Assembly (NCBI GenBank): GCA_016748015.1
Contig: JAAOMT010000607.1
Span: forward strand, 496,001 to 560,000
Origin: Geosiphon pyriformis uo1
Taxonomy: Eukaryota > Fungi > Glomeromycota
DNA length: 64,000 nt
Direction: 5' to 3'
This document shows, piece after piece, positions 37,101 to 48,400 of the stretch (positions are counted from its first letter, which is position 1; each line of letters opens with the position of its first letter). The notes under the pieces were generated by a model. It saw only the letters and a list, made by a program, of their open reading frames with translations, was not told the DNA's origin and did no database searches. Made by a program: the position numbers and the translations under genes.

Positions 37101-40100
37101 TTCATATACTTACATTTCATTACAGACATCCAATTATTGTCAACCAAAATTAGAGTGTATCGATTGCAGTAAGAAATTGTCATCAATGGGCATTTGTTGT
37201 GGTGACAATAAAGAATATACCACGGCAACAAAATTTTATTGCCACCTATGCGTCATAAAATGCTTTGGACAACCGAAATAACAAGGAAAGTGGGACAACC
37301 AACCATGTCTCACATGTGGAACTATTTTGCTTGACAAAGAAATGTGGAATGACATTCCTGGACAAGGGAGAATGTGTGACAAAACATGCCAGTATACCAT
37401 CCTGATAAATAACTGGGTATGTAAAGGAACTCCAATCAACAATGTTTAGAAAAGAGCATTGTGACAATTTAAGAGATATTTTTACAACAAACATGAAATC
37501 TAGAGAATGGCAAGTGCAAAAACAGAAGGTGCCACAACCAGTAAGTTGTTAGAAATTAAGAATAACCCACTTTTATTGCCTGAACCCAAATACATCCTCA
37601 CCTTCGACATTTTTGGCAACCTTGAAGATGATCCAGAAGAATTCCACAAATATTACTAGCAATTAGCACTTACTAGAGAAGAGCAAGAGCAATGCTTAGA
37701 ACAGTTGAATACTAGACTGTATCAACATTGTCTAATCTCATGTGACTTTCAATATTGTAATAAGTGTAACCTCATTTACAATCCACCACCACACATGATC
37801 TATATAATTCCAGAAAAAAAAGAACCAATTAGCAGCTGTACATTAGAATTGGAATCAGTTTTCAATTCTAATTCAAACTCCAACAATGATAACAATAAAA
37901 ACACCAGTTCTAGCTCTGCTAAATATGACAATAATTCAGACTCCAATTCAAACCCCAAAACATTTATTGCACTTTCTAATCTCATAAAAAAACAAGAACT
38001 AAAATAGTTTAGTAATAATAGTAAAAGTATCATGCCAGAACACATACATAATATCAATACAGAGTTTGATCTGAGATATCCAGGAAAAGAAGTCATCAAA
38101 TTGGAACCAAATTCATGCATATGTATTGATTTCAAAATAGCACTGGAAATTTTAGCAACAACCATAGTTTAATTAGCATTTAGGGGTAGTTTAGTAAAAA
38201 AAGGAATCAACATTAGAGGAAGAATAATTGATGTGGGATACATAGGAAATATCATCACTATGCTACAAAATGACTCAGAAAAGGCCTATATTATAGAGCC
38301 AAATAAAAAAATAGCACAGGCAATATTTTTACTTCTGGTAAAAATAGCTCAATTAGTTTCAGTGGAAAACAGAAAAAAAATAGGGATTACAGCTAGAAGG
38401 ATACAAAGATTCAGATTAACAGATAGAATAGATATACCAATCAATATGGCAGAGGAAAAAATTGTTGACAAAGAAGAAATTATCTCAACCCATCAACCAA
38501 TTTTTATTCCACCATATGACCAGTATATGTTAGTCATAAAAAGAGAAGTAAAGAATAAAGCTCAGCTGTTTAAAGCAAAAGCCACCATTTGTAAATCAGG
38601 AAAAATTGGACTCACTAATCTCTACATATCAGCTAACAGCTCCAAAAACATTAAAATTCCCATTTACAACAACACAGGAAATGTTATAGACTTATTAAAA
38701 GGAACTATTATTGGATATCTAAGCACAAAAGTGGAAGACCAACCACCAAACTCCATTCTAGACTTTCTACAGCTTTGTGAATATGTCGACATTACATCAC
38801 AAACCATTTACAGATAAAGCAAATGTTATCTGTTCTAACTGGAACAATTGGAACAAATGAACATGGCAAATCTAGACTCACTCCAACAGATACAACTAAA
38901 GATGTTACTCAACAATTTCAATGACATCTTTGCCAGTGAAAACAAATTTGGCAGAACCAACATAATCCAGCATCAAATCAAGACTAGAGATGCAATGCCA
39001 ATTAAACAAAAAACATACAGAATACCACCAACCAGCCATGAAATCATTCATCAAGAAATCAATTGGATGTTAGACAATAGGCTAATTCAGCCATCAATGA
39101 GCCCATGGTCATTACCAGTGGTACTGGTCTGTAAGAAAAATAGGAAAATCCATTTTTGTGTAGATTACCGGAAACTGAATGAAGTAATGAAAGGAGACAA
39201 CTACCCACTCCAAAGATTCAAGAGCTGTTTGATGCTTTTGGAGAAAAAAAATGGTTTTCAACATTGGACTTAAACAGTGGTTACTGGCAAGTAGCCATAA
39301 AGCCAGAAAATAAAAAGAAAATGGCTTTCACAACATGAGAAGAGAATTTCAAATTTGAAGTAATATTATTTGAATTAATAAATGCTCCAGCAATATTTCA
39401 ATGGCTTATGGAAATTGTCTATACCAAACTGCTATGGAAATTAGTAGTTGTATACTTGGATGACACCAATGTGTTCTTAAAAACATTCAATGATCATTTG
39501 CATCATCTTTAACAAGTATTTAAAAGACTCAAAAAAGCTGGATTGAAACTAAATACAACTAAGTGTTTCTGTGAAAAAACTGAACTCAAGTTTTTGGGAC
39601 ATGTTGTAAGCAAAAATAATATTAAAACGGATCCAAATAAGATTGCGATAGTAAAGAACTTTCCAGTACCAACCAATCTGACAGAATTAAGAACATTTTT
39701 GGAATTCGCAGACTATTATTGTCATTTTATCAAGAACTTTTCTAAATTGGCTCAGTCATTTTATCATTTATAAACTAAAAATGTCAAGTATGAATAAATA
39801 GAAGTGCAACAAAAAGCATTCAACACACTGAGACAAAAGCTTATTCAAGCTCTAGTGTTGATGTATCCAAACCACAGCAAACTATTCATTATTATTACTA
39901 ATATATTAGGCCAAGTATTGAAAGCCATATTATCACAGAAAAGACCAGATAGAAGAGAACATCCAGTAGTTTATGCCAGTAAAAGCTTAAGTCTAGCTAA
40001 AAAGAACTATGGAACTCCAGCACTGGAACACTTAGCTATCTATTGGGCTGTTACCAAATGGAAAGAATACTTGAGTCAGAAGTTTGATGTGTATACTAAT

Positions 40101-41698
40101 TACAAAAGATTGACTTCAATCCAGAAGCAAAAATTTGAAGATAATCCTCATGCAAGATAGAAAATAGCACTATCATCATATACATTTACAGTACATTATA
40201 AAAAAGGAAAAGACAATAGAAATGTCAATGGTTTGTTGTGAATGAGACAAATCTAAAAAACATTTCAACCCAAAAATATAACAAAAACCCAAACAATTGA
40301 AAACAAAAAAATATAACAAAAGATAAATCCACAAAAATACCAACAACTTTAGCATTATATAAATATCCAATTGTTTAAGAAGAAATTATCTCAAAAAGAC
40401 AAAACAACATAAAACAGCAATTAAAATATTTTATCAATCATCAAAATATACTTTACTGAAAAAACAGAAAAAATTCAAACCAGCCAACCAGAGTAATTAC
40501 AGAACCAGAAAAAGAAACAATATTGTTCAACATGCACTCAGATCCAACAGCAGGACATTTTTATAAAGAAGCGACCATGGAAAAAACCAGAAAGAGATAC
40601 TATTGGCCATCAATGTATCCAGATATCATCTAATATGTTCAAAATTGTAATGCTTGTCAGAGAAGAGAAGAAGCAAAACCAAGTAAACCATTAAGACCAA
40701 TTAAAGTAGGACAACCATTTGATTGAATTGGAATTGACTTAATTAGATCACTAACAATAACTAGCAGAGGCAACAGATACATTGCAATAGTCATGGACTA
40801 TCTTACAAAATGGCCAGAAGCAAAAGCAATTCAAAAAGCAGATGCAGAATCCATTGCCAAATTTGTTTATCAAGATTTGATCTGTCAACATGGATGTCTA
40901 AAAGAATTATTATCTGATCAAGGAACTCACTTTGTGAATAAAACATTAGCAGAATTAAGTCAAAAATTTGGAATTAAAAGACCATTATTATTGCCATACC
41001 ATCCACAAACAAATGGGTTAATTAAAAGATTTAACAGAACATTGTGTGAAGTAATTGCCAAGATCAGTAAGGAAAACCAAGACAAATGGAATTTGTTCAT
41101 ACCATCAGTATTATTTGCTTATTGGACAATAAAGCAAGACACTACACAAACAACACCATTTGAATTAGTATATGGTAGAACAGCAACATTACCAGTTGAG
41201 ATAGAAGTCAATACATATCTAACTAAACCAATAACAGAAGCTAATTTCCAAAAAACATTTTTGAAAAGAACATATGACTTAATGGAAACACTAGAAAACA
41301 GATGATGAAAAGCAGCTGATAACATCCAAAAGTCACAAAAAAAGCAAAAAAAATGACACAATAACCAATTACCAGATAAACCAATTGAATTCAAAATTAG
41401 AGACAAAGTACTTTTACATCATACCAAAGTGGAAAAACAATGAAGTGGAAAATTTGATCCCAAATGGGACAGACTATTTTACATAGAAGAAATTCTTGGA
41501 AATGGAGCTTATAAATTAAGATGGAACAACAAAATCTTAGCCAAAGCAGCACATGGTGATCGACTGAAACCATATCACCAAATAACATTATCATCTACCA
41601 ATAACATTCCATAATTGGAAGTACAACAAATACTAGTCCAATCAGAAAAAATTCCACAAAATCTGGAACCAATCATAATTATTGGATCAAACACGTAA
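34121..41698 (+). pseudogene. gag-pol: F gag-pol (single reading frame, ~2500 codons ancestrally)
   Basis: ORF pieces at 34121, 34694, 35207, 35471 and 36185 (protease) share one frame. dUTPase ~38032-38433, YLDD ~39453, RNase H 39804-40160, integrase 40793-41305. Confidence 0.95.
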
Positions 41699-41758
41699 AA
41701 TTGAACAATAAAAGAGTATATAAAGAGACAGTATATGTAAAAAAAGCAACCAAGAAAA

Positions 41759-42393
41759 ATGGAAATACCAGATCATATTTACACCATAGCTTAACAATTA
41801 TTTCAGGCCTTAAGTCAACAACTTTTAGACATAGAAATTATCATTAACAACTAAACAATTTGCTATCAAAACACCAAAAAAAAAACAAAAAATACACCAT
41901 ATCAACATTTACCAAAAAATGATAAAAACTGGTCAGATAACATAATAGAAAAAGTGAAGAACACTTTTAGAAAAATACTTATTATGGCACCAACAGAAGA
42001 ACTTACAAAAAAAAATTGGAAGCAATAGACAGAACAACTTCCAATATCATACTGTTACTACTAGCTAGGTCGAAAGTTGAATATTCAGGAGTTGTATATT
42101 GATAAATCCAAAAGAATATTTAACCAAAACATAATACAGCAAATTGAAGAATTTATTGAAAAGAAGATGAACTCAACACTACATGTTAGAACAATTTACT
42201 GACTGCACAACATATTTTAGAACTATCCAGAAATACTGTTACATTTTGACATGAAAGCCATAACTATTAATCAATGAGGAAAAATGAACAATATACAAGT
42301 AGAAGACATAAAAAATAGAGTCAAACAAATAATACTAAAAAAAAAGTATTAGAGCTAATTTAAAATGAAGATTTTGATGAAGCTCAATATTAA
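41759..42393 (+). pseudogene. F ORF3
   Basis: MEIPDHIYTIA...DFDEAQY*. Ends at PPT AAAAGGAGAGGATAA (42392-42406). Confidence 0.8.
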
Positions 42394-42406
42394 AAGGAGA
42401 GGATAA

Positions 42407-43295
42407 TGTTACTTATAAAAAAAAACATATATAAGAAAATAGAAGACCAATAAGTGAATAGCATTTAACATGTGAGCACATTGCTCAGCAATGTAAAACA
42501 ATGACAGAAATTATGGCACATTGTTTAGCAATATGAAGCAATATCAGAAAGCATGGCACATTGCTCAGCAATGTGAAGCAATGTTAAAAATTAGGGCACA
42601 TTGTTCAAGAAATTATAGCACATTACTTGGGAATATGAGTGATCATGTAGAACATCAATTATGTATATATAGTGGTAGCATTAGAAGTAGAAAAAGCAGA
42701 ATCTTTTAGTTAAAGACCTCTCAGTTTAGATTTAATTTAAATAACTTTCCACATCCCAAATATTAATAAATAAATATTTACCATCTCAAATCTATTCTCC
42801 ACTATTAACATTTTATGTTAATAGTTATTGATACTTAACCATACTGGAACAATAGCTCTTGATCATGGCTATTGATGAAATACTAATTTACCAATTGCCT
42901 TGGCTTATTTCTTACTTCTTTTCTTTTTCTTTTTCTTTGATTTTGGCTGTATACTAATCGATTAAGAGATAAAGTGCTGAATTATTGACATCAAGAATAG
43001 TCTGGTAAAAGACCTCAAAGGAAGGGTATAAGAATTGAGAATTTAAGGATAGCTTATTAGAAGAGCATCCCTGTCAAAATTACTGGCCATTATGCTAAAA
43101 AGAAATTTGATGGAATTGCGATTCTGAAAGGCTACTGAGAAGACAATCATTGAATCTCTGTTCATTATACAAAAACTCAACAAACCAAAACCTTCAGATT
43201 CATAACACTAACAACAACTGATATCAATCAAGACATTGAGCACCAAATTATGGGTTTGTTATTTGACTTGAGACCCCAAATAATCACTTGTAACA
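42407..43295 (+). repeat. F 3' LTR
   Basis: Pair of 33139-34058. Confidence 0.95.
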
Positions 43296-43907
43296 ATGAA
43301 TAGACTGAAACTTAACAAGAAGCTTTTAACATATTAAAAAGAAAACTTATCTAAGCACCAGTACTGATCTATTCAAATCACAGCAAACTATTTATTATTA
43401 CTACCAACACATTAGATTAAACATTGTAAGCAGTATTGTTACAAAAAAAACCAGATAAAAGAGAACATTCAATAGTATATGCCAACTAGAGCTTAAGCCC
43501 AACTGAAAAAAATTATGGATTTCCAGCACTAAAACATTTGGCTATCTATTGGGCTGTTATCAAATGGAAGGAATATTTAAGTCAAAAGTTTGAAATGTAC
43601 ACTAATCACAAAGAATTGACATTAATTCAGAAACAAAAATTTGGAGACAATTATTACACAAGATAAAAAATAGAACTATCACCATTTAATTATATAGTAC
43701 ATTATAAAAAAGAAAAAAAAATGGAAATGCTAATAGTTTGTTACAAATAAAACAAATCTAAAAATATTTTAACTCAAAAATATTACAAAAGATGAACACA
43801 CAAAAATATTAACAACTCCAACATTATATTAATACTCAACAGTTTAAGGAGAAATTATCTCAAAAAAAACAAAACAACATAAAACAACAATTAAAATATT
43901 TTATCAC
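43296..43907 (+). pseudogene. pol: A pol fragment: RNase H
   Basis: EKNYG..ALKHLAIYWAV..F..YTNHK, colinear with the other copies. Confidence 0.9.
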
Positions 43908-44777
43908 TGTTACAGGTAACTATTTTTGGTGTTGGATTAAATAACAAACCCATAACTTGGTGCTCAAATCTAGTTGCAGTTAATAGTAATCTGAAGGTTT
44001 GTGTCTGAAAGGTTTGTATCCAAAGGGTTTAGTTGAGTTCTTTGTATAATGGACAGAGATTCAATGGTAATAGTTTTATTCATAGCTTCCTGAAACTGCA
44101 GTTTTGTTAATTTCTTTTTCAGCTTGATAGCCAGTATTCCTCCTGGTAAGCTATTCTCAATTGAGTGTTCTACTCTTATTTCTGGATCTTTTACCAGTTA
44201 CATTTATCCTGACGTCAGTACCCCACGCATTAATCCTTAATAGAGTTAGTAAACAACAATAAAATCAAAGCAAGAAATAAAGAAAAGAAAAGAAAATAAA
44301 GAAAGAAAAGAAATAAGCCAAGATGATTTGCAAGTTAGTTTTCTGTCAATAGCCATAATCAAAAGCTATTGTTTTAATGTGGTTAAGTATCAATTACTAT
44401 CAACATGAAGTGTTGATAGTGACAGCAGGTTTGAGATAACAAACAGTTATTTATTTGTGGTTTTGGAAAGTTGTCTAGATGAAATCTAAACTAAGAGGTC
44501 TATCTTTTTAGCTTCTAATTCTACTGCTATATATACATAATTGAGATTCCTCAATTTCTCAATTCTTTACAACAGGAATTCTGGGATTCCTGGAATCCTG
44601 CAATTCCTTTGAGAAGAATCCTGGAATTCTGGAATCCTGCGATTTCTTGTAAGAATTCTGTAATTCCTGGAATCTTGCAATTCTTAAGAAGAATCCTGAA
44701 ATTCCACATTTTACTACATCTACTTCTGATTGGTTAATAACTATGCTAATATATATTCCTTATATTTATGAGTAACA
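43908..44777 (-). repeat. G 3' LTR
   Basis: Adjacent PPT 44778-44792. GGAATTCC-type U3 array ~44545-44707. Confidence 0.95.
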
Positions 44778-44790
44778 TTATTCTCTTCTT

Positions 44791-45420
44791 TTAATATTGA
44801 GCTTCGTCGAAATCTAACTCTGTTAATTCTCCTTTTTGAAGTATTTCCTGAATTTCATTTTCAAGAATTACTTGTGTTATTTGAGTCTGTAATTCTTCAA
44901 ATTGAGTGTTGGTGATCTTTTCTAATTAATTACTGGTAACTGTATCCATTGCTTTGTTGAATAAGATTTCTAGTCAATTCTGAAATGCTGTGTGTATTCA
45001 GTATATGGCTTGGACCTGTGTGGATAAGTTGTTTTTTTCCACAAAATGTTCTAATTGTTGTAGTATTCTTGTGTCAAATAATCATTTTGTTTTATCTGTA
45101 TATAGATTCTGGATATTCACATGTTGTTCTAAGTAAAAATAACAATAGTTTCTTGGAAATTGTTGTATCCACCAATTCCAAGTTTCTTTAGTCAACTCTT
45201 AGTATAGTGACTCTTTTGTTGACTTTTTTATTGCTAATTTTACTTTCACAATGATTTTGTCAATAGTATTTTCTGTTTTTTTTTGTGTTCTATGTGGTGA
45301 TGTCTTTCTAATGTCTTGATATTAGATGTTTTGTTGATTAATTGTAATTTTCATCTCTTGGTATTAAATTAATTGAAAGAGTTGTTGTGCTAGTGAGTAG
45401 ATATTGTCTGTAATTTTCAT
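44791..45420 (-). pseudogene. G ORF3 (630 nt from ATG to stop)
   Basis: MKITDNIYSLAQQLFQLI...ELDFDEAQY*, with internal stops caused by transitions. Confidence 0.8.
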
Positions 45421-45474
45421 TTTTTTGATATTTCTTGTCGCATCTACCATGTCTTTATATATTCTTTTAATAGA

Positions 45475-48400
45475 TTAATTTAATGTGTTGTTGTTAATGA
45501 TAATAATTGGTTCCAGATCTCGTAGAATTTCCTCTGGTTGGACTAGTATCTTCTGTACTCCTAATTGTGGAATATTACTGGTAGATGGTGGTGTGATGTT
45601 GTGATATAGTTTCAGTCAATCTCCATGTGCTGCTTTGGTTAAGATTTTGTTATCCAGTCTTAATTTGTAAGCTTCATTTCCTAGAATTTCTTCTATGTAA
45701 AATGGTTTGTCTCATTTGGGGTCAAATTTTCCACTCTATTGTTTTTCCACTTTGGTATGATGTAGTAATACTTTGTCTCCAATCTTGAATTCAACTGGTT
45801 TGTCTGATAGTTGATTATCATGTCTTTTTTTCTGTTTCTCTTGTAACTTTTGTATGTTATTAGCTGCTTTTTTTTGTTTGTTTTCCAATGTTTCTATTAA
45901 GTCATATGTTTTTCTTAACAATGTTTCTTGGAAATTTTCTTCTGTTATTGGTTCAGTTGGATATGTGTTAACCTCTATCTCAACTGGTAATGTTGCTGTT
46001 CTACCATATATTAATTCAAATGGTGTTGCTTGTGTGGTGTTTTGCTTCATTGTCCAATAAGCAAATAATACTAATAATATGAACAAATCCCATTTGTTCT
46101 GGTTTTCTTGGCTAAGTTTCACTATTGCTTCACACAATGTTCTATTAAATCTTTCAACTAATCCATTGGTTTGTAAATGGTATGATAATAATAGTGGTCT
46201 CTTAATTCTGAATCTTTGGCTTAGTTCTGCTAATGTTCTATTCACAAAATGGGTTCCTTGGTCTGATAATAGTTTTTTTAGATATTCATGTTGACAAATC
46301 AAATCTTGATGGACGAATTTGGCAATAGATTTTGCATTCATTCTTTGAATTGCTTTGGCTTCTGGCCATTTAGTAAGATAGTTCATGGCTACTACAATAT
46401 ATTTGTTGCCTTTGCTGGTAATTGTTAATAGTCCGACTAAATTGATTCCAATGTGGTCAAATAGTTGTCCTACTTTAATTGATCTCAATGGTTTGCTGGG
46501 TCTTATTTCTCCTTTTCTTTGACAAGCATCACAATTTTGCACATATTGGATGATATCTGGATACATTAATAGCCAATAGTATCTCTTTCTGGTTTTTTCT
46601 ATGGTTGTTTCTTTATAAAAATGTCCTGCAGTTGGATTTGAATGCATGTTGAACAGTATTGTCTCCTTTTCTGGTTCTGTAATTACTTTGGTTGGTTGAT
46701 CTGAATCTTTTCTATTTTTCTGATAAAGTATATTTTAGTGAGTGATAAAATATTTGGATTGTTGTTTAATCCTCTTTTGTTCTGGTTGAGATAATTTCTC
46801 CTTGAACTGTTGAGTATCTATATAATGTTGAAGTTGTTGATATTTTTGTGTGTTCATTTTTTGTTATATTTTCATAAGTATTGTTTTGGTTTTGTTATAT
46901 TTTTGGGTTGAAATATTCTTAGATTTGTCTTATTCATGACAAATTGTCAGCATTTCCATTGTCTTTTCTCTTTTTATAATGTATGGTATAAGTATATGTC
47001 AAAAGAGCCATTTTCTATCTTGACTGTCTTCTGTTTCCAAATTCTTGTTTTTGGAGTGATATCAATCCTTTGTGATCTGTGTACACCTCAAACTTTTGGC
47101 TCAAGTATTCTTTCTATTTCATAACTGCCCAATAGATTGCTAAATGTTCTAATTCTGGTGTTCCATAGTTTTTTTCGGCTGGAGTCAAACCTCGGCTGGC
47201 ATATGTGACTGAATGTTCTCTTCCATCCAATCTTCTCTAAAATAGTACTGCTCCCAATGCTTGACCTAATGCATTAGTGGTGATAATGAATGGTTTACTA
47301 TAATCTGAATAGATCAATACTGGAGCTTGAATAAGCTTTCTTCTTAAGATGTCAAATGCTTTTTGCTAGGTTTCAGTCCATTCATACTTTGCATTTTTGG
47401 TTTGAAGATTATTGAGTGGTTGTGCTATCTTTGAAAAGTTCTTTATAAAGTGTCTATAATAGCTCATGAATCCCAAGAATGATTTTAGCTTAGTTATGTT
47501 GGTTGGTATTGGAAAGTTCTTTACTATCTCTATTTTCTCCAGATCTGTTTTTATGCCATCTTTGCTAACTATGTCTTCCAAGAATTTTAGTTCTGTTTTG
47601 CCAAAAAAACACTTTGTTGCATTCAATTTTAATCCTGCTTGTCATAGTCTTTTGAACACTTGTTGAAGATGATGTAGATGATCATTGAATGTTTTTGAGA
47701 ACACATTGGTGTCATTCAAGTATACAACTACTGATTTCTACAATAAGCTGGTATACACAATTTCCATTAGCCATTGGAATGTAGCTAAAGCATTGGTTAA
47801 GCCAAATGGCATAACTTCAAACTCAAAGTTTTTTTCTCTTGTGGTAAACGCTGTTTTTTCTTTGTTGGCTGAATTCATGGCTACTTGCCAGTAACCACTA
47901 TCCAAGTCTAATGTTGAAAACTATTTGTTTCCACCGAAAGCGTCGAATAGTTTTTGTATCTATAGAGTTGGATAGCTGTCTCCACGAGTTACATCATTGA
48001 GTTTTCTGTAGTCTACACAAAATCAGATTTTTCCATTTTTCTTATGAACGAGTACTACTGGTAATGACCATGGGCTCATTAATGGCTGAATTAACCCATT
48101 GTCAAGCATTTAGTTGATCTCTTGATGAATGATTTCATGGCTGGCTGGTGATATCCTATATGCTCGCTGTTTGATTGGCATTGCATTTCCAGTCTTGATC
48201 TGATGCTGGATAATATCAGTTCTACCAAATTTGTTTTCACTGGTGAAGATGTTATTGAAATTATTGAGTAACATCTTTAGTTGCATCTGTTAAAGTGTGT
48301 TTAGATTTCCCATGTTCATCTGTTCCAATTGTTTTGGCTGTAACAAATAACATTCATTTTGTTCATAGATGGTTTGTGATATAATGTTCACATATCCACA

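Larger units (their letters stand above)
33139..43295 (+). mobile_element. Element F: full-length, uninterrupted
   Basis: LTRs 33139-34058 and 42407-43295. TSD ATAA/ATGA (33135-33138, 43296-43299). Confidence 0.95.

Noticed and set aside
41400-41698. Chromodomain at the integrase C-terminus
   Set aside because: Only the GPF/SH3-like module and a short tail are present; no aromatic-cage pattern.
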